Assembly (NCBI GenBank): GCA_025829515.1
Contig: GCA_025829515.1_4865.1
From: a phage
Reading direction: 5' to 3' (one strand)
Length of the DNA: 64,000 nucleotides
This document shows positions 26,013 to 35,162 of this stretch, piece by piece. The notes beneath the pieces were generated by a model. The model had not been told where the DNA came from. It made no database searches and was given only the letters and a program-made list of their open reading frames with translations. Position 1 is the stretch's first letter; each line of letters starts with the position of its first letter. Both the position numbers and the translations under genes were made by a program.

Positions 26013-26612
26013 ATGAAAAAGATTTATAAAATTGCGGTAATCGGTTCTCGGAAGACTGATGAAGATACCATGTCTGAAATGTACATGCGATTGTTACGTG
26101 GGTTTAATGCGCTGCACGCCAAAGATTACACGATTCATTTTTCCTCTGGCGGCTGCTGGTGTGGTCCAGACCAATTGCAATTCCGATTTGCCCGACAGTG
26201 GGCGAATACAATCGACCAAGATACCGGCAAGAAAGTGGTGTGGGATGATGAGTTCATTTGTTACCTACCCGATGAGAAAAAGCTCTGGCTCAAGAAACAG
26301 AATCCCAACGTAGAGTTCCGTGTAATCCCTCAGGATGACCGCTATCGTGAGATAGTAGGTAAGCTTCATCCCGCGCCAGAAAAGCTCCAGGAGTTCGCCT
26401 GGGCGCTTCATGGCCGTAATCTGAATATAATTATGGGCGATGATTTAGCAACGCCTGTAGACGCAGTTTATTACTCTGCGCCTTTAGATAAACAAGGTAA
26501 TCCGACCGGCGGTACTGCCATGGGCGTGAAATACGCTAAGCAGTGTGGTATTCCTTGTTACCACCATGCGCTTGAAGGACATCTGTGGCTTGAGAGCTTG
26601 TGCTTATTATGA
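26013..26612 (+). CDS. SLOG/DprA-like Rossmann-fold protein, putative (199 aa)
   Basis: AGGAGG upstream; pattern IAVIGSRK ... SSGGCWCGPD ... TGGTAMGVKYAKQCGIPCY resembles the Gly-rich loops of the DprA/LOG (SLOG) superfamily. Motif-level only. Confidence 0.35.
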   Translation: MKKIYKIAVIGSRKTDEDTMSEMYMRLLRGFNALHAKDYTIHFSSGGCWCGPDQLQFRFARQWANTIDQDTGKKVVWDDEFICYLPDEKKLWLKKQNPNVEFRVIPQDDRYREIVGKLHPAPEKLQEFAWALHGRNLNIIMGDDLATPVDAVYYSAPLDKQGNPTGGTAMGVKYAKQCGIPCYHHALEGHLWLESLCLL

Positions 26613-26642
26613 CCACGTTGCCTTTAATCAGAGGTCGCTATT

Positions 26643-26915
26643 ATGCAAACTACCAGTTTAGCTCGTCGTTTGTGGGAAGCATTCTTCCCTACGCCGTCAA
26701 AACCGATTAAGAAGGTGACTAGCCTTCGCTTGTTCCCAGGCTCCGAGGATGAGTTCTTCGATTACCTGGAACGCCACGGTTTTGATTCGAAAGTCGCACC
26801 ACAAGAAAATGACCCAATTCAGACAGTTTACACCACGCCGGATACGGGAGAGATATTTGCCTTGTGTGTTCGATGGCCACATCGCAACTACTACTATACT
26901 TTGACGCAGATGTAA
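26643..26915 (+). CDS. hypothetical protein (90 aa)
   Basis: ORF with GAGG upstream. Confidence 0.6.
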   Translation: MQTTSLARRLWEAFFPTPSKPIKKVTSLRLFPGSEDEFFDYLERHGFDSKVAPQENDPIQTVYTTPDTGEIFALCVRWPHRNYYYTLTQM

Positions 26916-26925
26916 GGAGCAGGGG

Positions 26926-28059
26926 ATGTCGACGCTCGATTTAGATTTAGAAGTCCTGACTGACGACTACGATCGCCTGGTCGCACTCGAAGGTCTGGGA
27001 GTTAAGCCCGACTTCCCTGCGGTTTGCGCGATCCGTCAGCGTTGGTGCTTAACCGACGACGGTGAAGATATGTTGGTTGCTCGTGAATCGCGCGAAGCGA
27101 TGGAGCGTGCTCAGTTTATGACTGATACTGACCCGCGGGCTGGCATCCATCGCGCAGCAGGGCGCATTACTGCGAAAGCTGTTAAAGGTACTGGAAAGTT
27201 AGTGGGTGCTGGACTAGGTGCAACCGCAAAGGGCGCGGGTAAACTCTCGAAAAAGCTCGCATTACGCTTTTACGATTTCGCGGAAGCGCTAGCGAAAGAA
27301 CAAGCCGACCGTTTGAAAGAAATAACTTCGAAAGCTGCTTTCATGGAACGTAAGCTCAATAAGCTTAAAACGCGAATGTCACTGCTAGATGACCACAAAA
27401 CACTCGCTGCGGTCGACGTTCACACGAGTAGCTGGACGTCTAAAATTTGCTTTGAAGATCGACCCGATTTTGAAGCGTGTGTTAAGTTTTCTAAACAAAC
27501 AAATGCGTACGAAGGCGTCGTGCAAAAGTACACGGTTTACACACGCACCGCTCTGAAGAAAAGCAAAGCATTCGAAGGGCCGGGCTTAAAACAAATCAGC
27601 AAGTCCACGAACTGGGCAGTTAAGCGTGCTGCTGGGTTGCTTGGCATCATCGATCCCTTTAAAAAGGTGGAAGCTTTTCCTGTCCCTGGAAATATCGTTG
27701 TGGTTGAGCACCATAGTGGTAAGGTCAGTTGGGCAATTGCGCGTGACGGTGAGTATGGTGAAACCATTAAATCGCTGGATATGCATCAGTGTGGGAAAGC
27801 AATAGAGGCTGTGGAAGCACTTATCAAATCTATTGCTGCACGTGGAACAAAGAACCGTGTTGTGGGCTACACCGGCATTTACGAAGAAGTGGAAGCGATG
27901 AAGTCCGAGCTTAAGAACCTAGAAGGGGATGAGCTGAAGGAGGCCACGTTACGTTACCGTAATGCAATGGCGATGGAAGACGCTTTCACCACGGCGTTGG
28001 TACGTGTGGCGGAGGGTCTAATGGAGTGGACGAAGCAATCGTTGGCTGAGGTGAAATGA
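26926..28059 (+). CDS. hypothetical protein (377 aa), coupled to downstream GNAT
   Basis: AAGGAG upstream; stop overlaps the GNAT start (ATGA). Confidence 0.7.
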   Translation: MSTLDLDLEVLTDDYDRLVALEGLGVKPDFPAVCAIRQRWCLTDDGEDMLVARESREAMERAQFMTDTDPRAGIHRAAGRITAKAVKGTGKLVGAGLGATAKGAGKLSKKLALRFYDFAEALAKEQADRLKEITSKAAFMERKLNKLKTRMSLLDDHKTLAAVDVHTSSWTSKICFEDRPDFEACVKFSKQTNAYEGVVQKYTVYTRTALKKSKAFEGPGLKQISKSTNWAVKRAAGLLGIIDPFKKVEAFPVPGNIVVVEHHSGKVSWAIARDGEYGETIKSLDMHQCGKAIEAVEALIKSIAARGTKNRVVGYTGIYEEVEAMKSELKNLEGDELKEATLRYRNAMAMEDAFTTALVRVAEGLMEWTKQSLAEVK

Positions 28060-28523
28060 TGAAAATTGTTTTTGTCACCAAGCCCAACTCTCCGTATGGA
28101 AAGAAATATTACGCCGACTTGTTAGGACTACACAACAAGTTATACGACGATCAGAAAATAAAACTTGCCGACTTAAACGGTCGTGAAGGGTTTAATCAAA
28201 TCTCAAAACTGGAGGAGGTTTGGGGTGAAGGTACGCTGTGCGCTTGCGCCGTTGATGACCGTGGTGTGGCTGTTGGCTTCATCACCTTTGGCTACACCAA
28301 AAAGGGACAACGTTTCCTCTGGGTATATAACTTTTTTGTAGATGAATCGGTTCGTTCACAAGGCGTTGGTCATGAACTGATCGAAGCCGTAGAGAACTAT
28401 GGCAAATCAAAAGGTTGCGCGTGGATGCAGCTTAACGTGCTCGGTAATAACGACCGTGCTATTGCGTTTTATGAACGTTTCGGATTCCGAACTGAATACC
28501 AGGATATGGTAAAGGAGCTTTAA
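28056..28523 (+). CDS. GNAT-family N-acetyltransferase (155 aa)
   Basis: VRSQGVGHELIEAV acetyl-CoA loop and C-terminal AIAFYERFGF. Confidence 0.7.
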   Translation: MMKIVFVTKPNSPYGKKYYADLLGLHNKLYDDQKIKLADLNGREGFNQISKLEEVWGEGTLCACAVDDRGVAVGFITFGYTKKGQRFLWVYNFFVDESVRSQGVGHELIEAVENYGKSKGCAWMQLNVLGNNDRAIAFYERFGFRTEYQDMVKEL

Positions 28524-28524
28524 C

Positions 28525-29133
28525 ATGGTAGCTGTCCGCAGCGTGCCACATCAGACTGGCTCGCGATATACTTTTTGTGTAAAGCGTTTTGGGGCAAGAA
28601 ATCGCCCTGGTTGGAAGGTGGTACGTGCGATGGGACAGTTCTGGCAATTACCGCCCGGCACGTTAAAATATTTTTCAGTAGACAGAATAACCCGGTTCTT
28701 AAATGCGGCTGACCCAAGTCAACGGTCCAGTTTTATAGCAGGGGTTGTTTGTCGTCCCGATGGGAAAACACGCGATGCAACCACACGTGGAATTTACTGG
28801 ACAGGACAGAACGCGTTTCAGGTTGGCTTACCTTGCCTGAAGTGTGAAGTGACGCCGTTTAATGGCCCCTATGCCGATGCGTACTTCACCGGTATCTTTG
28901 TGTCGTTCCCAGACGACCCGTCTTTAAACTACTTTCTATCGGTAGACAAAGACGTCAGTATTGATACCTTCTACAAATACTTGTTGTTTTACAGCCGGTA
29001 TATCCGCGTGACTCCTGTGCATGAAGATTGGTATTATAAAAATCCCTTGAACTATGGGAGGGACAGGAGACTAGAAGGATGTTCTATCGAGAGCTTCAAC
29101 TCTGTACCGCAGCGCTCCATGGCGCTAATGTGA
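28525..29133 (+). CDS. hypothetical protein (202 aa)
   Basis: ORF immediately after the GNAT gene; 3' end overlaps the next ORF by about 55 nt. Confidence 0.6.
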   Translation: MVAVRSVPHQTGSRYTFCVKRFGARNRPGWKVVRAMGQFWQLPPGTLKYFSVDRITRFLNAADPSQRSSFIAGVVCRPDGKTRDATTRGIYWTGQNAFQVGLPCLKCEVTPFNGPYADAYFTGIFVSFPDDPSLNYFLSVDKDVSIDTFYKYLLFYSRYIRVTPVHEDWYYKNPLNYGRDRRLEGCSIESFNSVPQRSMALM

Positions 29134-29450
29134 GCAAGAACGGGGACCTGGAAGACGTCGCGCAAGCCTTACGGACTGTGTCGGAGGTTGACCAGGTCGA
29201 TATCGACGCTAAGTATTTAGGCGGCGGTGTAAAGCGTATTCAGTTGACCGTGCGAGCCAAACATGGCAGCTGCTCGTTACATTTTCGAGTCAGTGCGGAT
29301 TATTTCCTGGTACTGCGCTCCACATTCAGTCACGATGGTCGGACTCACCGGGTTCGGTGGATGCACGACATTACTAAATTTGGCTACCCGCTTGCAGAAC
29401 AACGTAAAGTCGTGCATGACTTTATGGCTGCAGTCGTTGCGGGGTTTTAA
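29079..29450 (+). CDS. hypothetical protein (123 aa)
   Basis: ORF with GAAGG upstream; overlaps the previous gene in a different frame. Confidence 0.5.
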   Translation: MFYRELQLCTAALHGANVSKNGDLEDVAQALRTVSEVDQVDIDAKYLGGGVKRIQLTVRAKHGSCSLHFRVSADYFLVLRSTFSHDGRTHRVRWMHDITKFGYPLAEQRKVVHDFMAAVVAGF

Positions 29451-29462
29451 GGGGAGACTGTG

Positions 29463-30059
29463 ATGTCTGAGATGATTCTCGATTCGCTGTTTTTGATTAC
29501 GGTTGCAAACATCAATAAAAACGGCAATCTTCCAGAATACGTAGACATAAGTCGTCATGGCTTTAAGCGTCGTTATCAAATCGGTAAGGTACTAGAGATT
29601 GCCTGTTTAGTAACGAACATGCGTAGACCGGTGGAAGGCTGTAGCGTTAAACATGCACAGATGATACTCGGGCGTGCTATTTCAGAAGTACGTCGTAAGC
29701 GTCGTCGCGCACCGTATCGCTTTTATCCTAACTCCACCAAACAGGTGGTCGGTGAGGGGGAAGGTGTGGTTGATTTGCGTGAGGCCAGTTGCAATGTAGG
29801 TGGTATTGCACGTGACTGGTTAATGAGCATTATCAGTAAGCATCCACGTACGCCTACACCGCAAGAAGGGCAGGCGGTACTCGCACTTATGCGTAAGACC
29901 CATTTGGTGATTACTGACACACCAAACCAGGCAGCACGAATGCAGCACTATTTAGCATGTCGTGGATTTACCACACTTGCAGTACCTTCAGAATACGCAG
30001 CTGATATTAAACTTCCGACAGTTCCCGAGTGGTCTGAACCGAAAGTTGATCATCAGTGA
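29463..30059 (+). CDS. hypothetical protein (198 aa)
   Basis: ATG at 29463 with AAGGGGAG 6 nt upstream (track start 29460 is GTG). Confidence 0.65.
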   Translation: MSEMILDSLFLITVANINKNGNLPEYVDISRHGFKRRYQIGKVLEIACLVTNMRRPVEGCSVKHAQMILGRAISEVRRKRRRAPYRFYPNSTKQVVGEGEGVVDLREASCNVGGIARDWLMSIISKHPRTPTPQEGQAVLALMRKTHLVITDTPNQAARMQHYLACRGFTTLAVPSEYAADIKLPTVPEWSEPKVDHQ

Positions 30060-30065
30060 GTTATA

Positions 30066-30109
30066 CCCACTCCTTCGGGAGTGGGTCGACTCTATTCTTT
30101 TTTTTCTTT
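30066..30109 (+). terminator. rho-independent terminator (UUCG tetraloop)
   Basis: cccactcc-ttcg-ggagtggg plus a T-run. Confidence 0.8.
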
Positions 30110-30169
30110 ACGTCTGGTCGCTATATTGTGACACCACTACAATTAATTAAACTTTTGGGGAAGAATAAA

Positions 30170-30793
30170 ATGTTAAACTCAGTGGCGCTGGATGGTCCAG
30201 ATTTTTCTGGCAAATCAACACTCGCTATAACGATTCAAGCGATGTTGCGCTCCGCTGGCGTTAATGCCATCATCGTCAATCACCCGACGAATACCACTGA
30301 AGCCGGTATTAGTGCACGCTCTCTGGTTATCCAGCACGCCTCTAATGAACGTATTGCCAAAGCGATGTGTCTGGATTTCCAATACACGATGGATTTCGTT
30401 GTACCAGAGCACGATGTCGTTATTTTTGACCGTTTTTGTCAATCGACTATTGTCTACCAGGGCGTAGATGGTAAAGGGGAAGTTTTCCGTTCGCGGGTAT
30501 TAGACCACATTAACGCACCAAAGCTTTACGTGGCAACCGATGTATCTTACGAAACCGCCACAGAACGCTTTAAGAAGCGCGTAGAAGCACAAGGTAAGCA
30601 CTGGGATGATGAGGTACTGACAGCGAAGTATCTGCGCACACAGACCGATTGGGACGCCTTACGCGACCATTACCGTTTTGCGTTCCACATCACTACAGAC
30701 GGTGGTGATAAGTTTCCACTGATGCGAATTACAGCAGACGACGATATGGCGTTACAAGCCGCCCGTATCGTTGAACGTATTCTGGCAGGTTAG
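30170..30793 (+). CDS. tmk: thymidylate kinase-like nucleoside monophosphate kinase (207 aa)
   Basis: P-loop LDGPDFSGKST near the N-terminus and DRFCQSTIVYQG matching the Tmk DR(H/Y)xxSxxAYQG motif; internal ATG 30170 chosen because track start 30056 lies inside the terminator. Confidence 0.6.
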   Translation: MLNSVALDGPDFSGKSTLAITIQAMLRSAGVNAIIVNHPTNTTEAGISARSLVIQHASNERIAKAMCLDFQYTMDFVVPEHDVVIFDRFCQSTIVYQGVDGKGEVFRSRVLDHINAPKLYVATDVSYETATERFKKRVEAQGKHWDDEVLTAKYLRTQTDWDALRDHYRFAFHITTDGGDKFPLMRITADDDMALQAARIVERILAG

Positions 30794-30798
30794 TTGTA

Positions 30799-30836
30799 CC
30801 CCTCTTACCTTCGGGTAAGAGGGCATTGTCTTTTTT
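30799..30836 (+). terminator. rho-independent terminator (UUCG tetraloop)
   Basis: ccctcttacc-ttcg-ggtaagaggg, identical 24-nt hairpin to 4313-4336, then a T-run. Confidence 0.8.
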
Positions 30837-30880
30837 ACAGATCAGAACAGTCCTATGCTTTTTGCTTCCAGTCCACTAAA

Positions 30881-30908
30881 TTTCAGATATATATTACCTT
30901 AGTGAGAG
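30881..30908 (+). promoter_or_regulatory. conserved promoter-like motif, copy 2
   Basis: TTTCAGATATATATTACCTTAGTGAGAG; same downstream leader (aatcgactattaatctaaaggagtatt) as copy 1. Confidence 0.55.
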
Positions 30909-30955
30909 TTGTCGTTAAACTCTCTAATCGACTATTAATCTAAAGGAGTATTCTA

Positions 30956-31321
30956 ATGCGTTTTAAACATCAAACCGTTGTGTTGGCAAAGAAAGCATTT
31001 CTGGTTCGTCTCTCTTACATTATTACTCGTGTCACTGCGAAGGATGTTACGCAGAAAGACATTGCATTGTTGGTAGGCTGCTCACCGTCACAAATCTCTG
31101 CGATTAAAAATGAACGCGAGAAAGCCGTGACTATCGAAACTCTGATGCGTGTTGCCGATACACTGCGCCTGAATTACGAAATCGTTTACCGTTCCATCAA
31201 CGGCAAATGCCGCCATAGCTTCAAAATTGAATCCTGCATCGACTACATGAACAACTGTCCTATCCGGGTACGAGAAACAGGACTTAAAGTCATGGCACGT
31301 AAACCTTCTGCAGTGATGTAA
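30956..31321 (+). CDS. XRE-type helix-turn-helix DNA-binding protein (121 aa)
   Basis: QKDIALLVGCSPSQISAIKNE matches the HTH_XRE pattern; first gene after promoter cassette copy 2. Confidence 0.55.
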   Translation: MRFKHQTVVLAKKAFLVRLSYIITRVTAKDVTQKDIALLVGCSPSQISAIKNEREKAVTIETLMRVADTLRLNYEIVYRSINGKCRHSFKIESCIDYMNNCPIRVRETGLKVMARKPSAVM

Positions 31322-31358
31322 ATTAAGGAGCATTTATGAACATAGATGAGGGCTTCGA

Positions 31359-31748
31359 ATGAACTGGTATGTGAGCGGTATCACCCGTCGTGTAATGACG
31401 GAAGAGGATGATCGATGTAAACATCTTAAAGTGGGGTCTATAGCTCCACGTTATACGGCAGAGTGCGACCCATGGGGCCGCGAAACGTATTACATGTGCG
31501 AGAACTGCTGGGAAAAGCTGCAGGCTGAAATTGCAGCTGAAGAAGTGGTCTGCGACGATTGCAAAGGTACCTTCCCGAAACGGGATACTGTTGAGTGGAA
31601 ATGGCACGACTTTGACCCCAGTCAAGGGGATAAAGGACTTTGTATCTGTAATAACTGCGTGTCTTTACCGACACATTTAAACCGTGTAGAGAATGACCGT
31701 CGGGCATTTGAACACGACTGTCCAGAAGCAGCTTTCTGGGATAACTAG
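31359..31748 (+). CDS. Cys-rich zinc-finger-like protein (129 aa)
   Basis: Paired cysteines CENCW, CDDCKG, CICNNC; preceded by an 8-codon micro-ORF (31336-31362) that carries the strong SD and overlaps the start as ATGA. Confidence 0.6.
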   Translation: MNWYVSGITRRVMTEEDDRCKHLKVGSIAPRYTAECDPWGRETYYMCENCWEKLQAEIAAEEVVCDDCKGTFPKRDTVEWKWHDFDPSQGDKGLCICNNCVSLPTHLNRVENDRRAFEHDCPEAAFWDN

Positions 31749-31770
31749 TATAACCCTTAAGGAGTATATC

Positions 31771-32427
31771 ATGGCGAAGGCCCCTAAAACTGTAGCAAAA
31801 GATTCAATGGCAAGCAACGCGATTAAAGCCACAAAAACGCGTACTACCGAATCTCCACGCTCACCTACCATTCCTAAACCGGATGTAATTGTACCAATCA
31901 GTGAACGTCTGAAAACAATTCACATCGAGCGCGAATATCCGATTGACCTTGGTCAGGAAATCGTTGCGGTTAACCTTGGTAGCGACGTACGCTTTACCAT
32001 CTATAAAGGCGCGCATCTGAACAACATGGTGCTAACCCGCGGTGATGAAGTTATCGGTCTGTCTCGTTACGACACGCAAATCGAAAACATCTATCCGGTG
32101 TTTGCAGTAGCGATGTTGCGTTTGTTCATGCAGGATAAAGCCGACCTTTGTGGTCAGCTTGCGGGTATGGCGGATCGTGTTGGTCATATTCTGCCGACGC
32201 TGGTGAAACTGTACCCAGTTACGATTGACGTGGCGTTTACTACTGTAGACAACAACCACGGTTATATCGTGCTGACCAAAGACGGTAAAGTTATCGCTGG
32301 TAATCTGACTGATAACGAAGTGCAGAAGCATATGGACAAATTTGCGTTCATGGTGAATCGCTTGGCGCACGTCAGTGTCAAACATTCTGAAACTTGGACG
32401 ACGCTTGTCTCCAAACCTGAACTGTAA
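31771..32427 (+). CDS. hypothetical protein (218 aa)
   Basis: ATG at 31771 with AAGGAG upstream (track start 31693 is upstream in frame); terminator follows. Confidence 0.7.
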   Translation: MAKAPKTVAKDSMASNAIKATKTRTTESPRSPTIPKPDVIVPISERLKTIHIEREYPIDLGQEIVAVNLGSDVRFTIYKGAHLNNMVLTRGDEVIGLSRYDTQIENIYPVFAVAMLRLFMQDKADLCGQLAGMADRVGHILPTLVKLYPVTIDVAFTTVDNNHGYIVLTKDGKVIAGNLTDNEVQKHMDKFAFMVNRLAHVSVKHSETWTTLVSKPEL

Positions 32428-32430
32428 TCA

Positions 32431-32468
32431 TTAAGGGGTCTTCGGACCCCTTAATTTTTTGTCTTTTT
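32431..32468 (+). terminator. rho-independent terminator (UUCG tetraloop)
   Basis: ttaaggggtc-ttcg-gaccccttaa plus ttttttgtcttttt. Confidence 0.85.
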
Positions 32469-32516
32469 ACGCGTTATCCTCATGTTGTGACAGCATTACC
32501 TTTTGAGGGCATTACA

Positions 32517-33518
32517 ATGAAAACTGTGGCTAAATTGTTCCGCAGCAGCATTCGCTCTGCCGAGTTCCAAAATAACGTCGGTACCGATACTGTACGAGCA
32601 CGCCGCCTAAAAGAGTTTCTAAAGGACGAGACTTATTCTGTTTACGTGGTCCGGAATAAAGAAACCTGGGAGGGTTATTTAGTGGCCACCTATCGACACG
32701 GTGACCCTACACTAACCTGTCACTATTTTGAGGAGTTTGTACCTGGGGCGTTCGATAAAGTTGGTTTGGCCCTTGTGCTCGACCATACCGGATTCGAATA
32801 TATGTCGTGCCCAGCACCTACTGACGATGTTGAACAAAAACTGGTCGAAAAAGGGTTTGTTCTTTCAGATATCGTTTGGGCATGTCATTCTAAACTGTTT
32901 GACAAAGTAATCACCGCATCAGAAATCAAGATTATTTCTGGTGATGCATACGCAGAACTTACCAAGGAAGATAAAGACGTTATCCTGAATTTGATTAGCG
33001 GTGCAATTTGCGAAGAGTTAGAGTACGATGTGCGCGGCTACTATACACACATTGGTCCGTTAGCAGAAACAGTAATAGCAAGAATTCAGCACGCTAATGT
33101 GGAGACTGCAATTTGGCGAGACGGTCATGATATCGTCGGTATTGCCCAGATGCGCTTGGTTACACCAGGCGTCGTTGAACTTTCTGGTTTAACCGTTGCA
33201 CCTACGCACCGTAAACGTGGCATTGGTCGCCGGCTAATGGGCGCGCTATTCGATTTCGCACAACGTCATTCCGACCAAGTCTATATTGAAACAGCTGCTG
33301 ATAATAATCCAGCAAATCACCTGTACGGCAACATCTTACGTTGCAAGCAGGTACTGCGTACACTAACGTTGAAACGCGATCCTGAACTTATTAGCTGGAA
33401 ACGGGTGAATGGGAACCGCGCCGATCGAGTGCTGAAAGAAGAACCTAGCATTCCGGTGGAGACTACAACCAGGCTGACTATCAGTGATATGTTTCAATCT
33501 GGCATGAGAGGATGTTAA
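32517..33518 (+). CDS. two-domain protein with C-terminal GNAT acetyltransferase domain (333 aa)
   Basis: C-terminal VELSGLTVAPTHRKRGIGRRLMGALFDFA is a GNAT acetyl-CoA-binding motif; N-terminal about 200 aa unassigned. Confidence 0.6.
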   Translation: MKTVAKLFRSSIRSAEFQNNVGTDTVRARRLKEFLKDETYSVYVVRNKETWEGYLVATYRHGDPTLTCHYFEEFVPGAFDKVGLALVLDHTGFEYMSCPAPTDDVEQKLVEKGFVLSDIVWACHSKLFDKVITASEIKIISGDAYAELTKEDKDVILNLISGAICEELEYDVRGYYTHIGPLAETVIARIQHANVETAIWRDGHDIVGIAQMRLVTPGVVELSGLTVAPTHRKRGIGRRLMGALFDFAQRHSDQVYIETAADNNPANHLYGNILRCKQVLRTLTLKRDPELISWKRVNGNRADRVLKEEPSIPVETTTRLTISDMFQSGMRGC

Positions 33519-33521
33519 CGG

Positions 33522-34340
33522 GTGATAAAACCAATTTTAAAATGGATGGGTGGTAAGAGTCGTGTACTGCCCGAGCTGCTACAGGTGTTTCCGGATGCTG
33601 AGTATTTCGTTGAACCTTTTGTGGGCGCAGGGTCAGTGTTTTTAAACACTAAATACCCGAACTATATTCTCGGCGACACGAACCCGGACTTAATCGAGTT
33701 ACTGACCATGGCGCGCGATCGTCCGGAAGCGCTGATTCTGGAAGCAAAGGCGCTCTTTGCAAATGGGACGGACCGCGGTCTCTACATGGAACGGCGCGAG
33801 GGATTTAACAGCGAAGCAACCACGGGGAAACCTAATCTCCAGCGCGCCGCGATGTTCCTGTATCTTACACGTCATGGTTACAATGGTTTGTGCAGATACA
33901 ATCAGTCGGGTGGGTTTAACGTGCCCTATGGTCAACACCCGAACGGTGTCTATTTCCCTGAAGAGGAAATTCTGGCGTGGGCAAAACGTTGTTCGGAAAC
34001 CAACGTCGAGCTGCTCTGCGCGGACTTCCGCGACATCCTAAATAAGTGCCCATCTAACGCTGTGATATACGCCGACCCGCCCTACATCCCACTTTCGGAT
34101 ACGGCTAAACATGCGCAGTATCACAGCAAAGAATTTTCACAAGCTGACCACCGCGAGTTAGCGAAACTTTTAAAACAACAAGCTGCCGATGGCAATAAGG
34201 TCGTTCTGTCAAACGCAGATACGTTACTCACACGTGACATCTACTACGGTTTTACCTGGCGTGAAGTTCAGGTGGGCCGATATATGTCCGCCGATGCGAA
34301 TAAACGTAAAGCGGTGACAGAGCTAATCGGCACCTTATAA
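33522..34340 (+). CDS. dam: Dam-type DNA N6-adenine methyltransferase (272 aa)
   Basis: Dam signature blocks LKWMGGK, VEPFVGAGSVFLNT, LYLTRHGYNGLCRYN, FNVPYG and catalytic DPPY; GTG start. Confidence 0.92.
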   Translation: MIKPILKWMGGKSRVLPELLQVFPDAEYFVEPFVGAGSVFLNTKYPNYILGDTNPDLIELLTMARDRPEALILEAKALFANGTDRGLYMERREGFNSEATTGKPNLQRAAMFLYLTRHGYNGLCRYNQSGGFNVPYGQHPNGVYFPEEEILAWAKRCSETNVELLCADFRDILNKCPSNAVIYADPPYIPLSDTAKHAQYHSKEFSQADHRELAKLLKQQAADGNKVVLSNADTLLTRDIYYGFTWREVQVGRYMSADANKRKAVTELIGTL

Positions 34341-34349
34341 GGTACCAAC

Positions 34350-35153
34350 ATGCAACTATTTAATCTATACGGTATGGACAAAAATGACCTGACCGTAGAG
34401 TTTAGTGGTCGATTGACCACCTTGGGGCAACTCCGTGAACGGATTCAAGATTTGCGACCCGTCGCAGACCAAGAAGACGATCATTGGTTAGTGTTGAGCA
34501 ATAGCGGTCGTGCGCAAATGTATTTTCGTGGATGTCGTTCAGGTATTGTTTACTACATCTACGAGTTGCACGTGCTTTCCGAGCCCCTGTTCCACGAGTG
34601 GAAGCGTTTAACGCGACTCCTGGAAGTGCAGATGCTTGATATCACCTGTTTTCCGCATGACACCGAACATGCGGCATTGTACCAACGTCTGGGGTTCGAA
34701 GCTGTAACGAAGCGTGTGGAGATTACTGTCAGTCCGAAATACGGTTTTACGTCAGACCCATCGGTTGTCCCGTTGGAGACATTGTCATTAGAACAAACCC
34801 AAGATGTTTGCTATCTAATGCGACCTACGCTAAAAGACGCAGGAACGCGTGAGATGTTGGGTGAATTAGCAAATGGTTTTGTCTCTGCGTTCGTGGGGCT
34901 GCACGGCCAGAAACCGTTTTCATTAATGCTTTATAAGGAGTTCCCGAAGAGCATCATTACTGAGCAATTCTGCTGCCAAACTTTTGACCCGGTTGCTTAC
35001 TCGGTAGAGTTTCTAAAACACTACCACGCCATTTTGCATTTGGCGGGACAGAAAGGTAAGAAGGTCAACATGGGCGTTGCGATAGAGCACGAGTTTCCTT
35101 CTATCGAAGGGTTAGAGTATCGTGTAATCACGCATCACTACACCCTTGCGTAA
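34350..35153 (+). CDS. hypothetical protein (267 aa)
   Basis: ORF in operon; contains AALYQRLGFE, weakly GNAT-like. Confidence 0.65.
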   Translation: MQLFNLYGMDKNDLTVEFSGRLTTLGQLRERIQDLRPVADQEDDHWLVLSNSGRAQMYFRGCRSGIVYYIYELHVLSEPLFHEWKRLTRLLEVQMLDITCFPHDTEHAALYQRLGFEAVTKRVEITVSPKYGFTSDPSVVPLETLSLEQTQDVCYLMRPTLKDAGTREMLGELANGFVSAFVGLHGQKPFSLMLYKEFPKSIITEQFCCQTFDPVAYSVEFLKHYHAILHLAGQKGKKVNMGVAIEHEFPSIEGLEYRVITHHYTLA

Positions 35154-35162
35154 GGAGAGAAT

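Noticed and set aside
30056-30169. Track-annotated 5' extensions of genes (30056, 41774, 14853, 54554, 62941 and similar)
   Set aside because: The extended starts lie inside terminator hairpins or T-runs, or use TTG/GTG without an SD; internal ATG/GTG codons with proper SD spacing were preferred.
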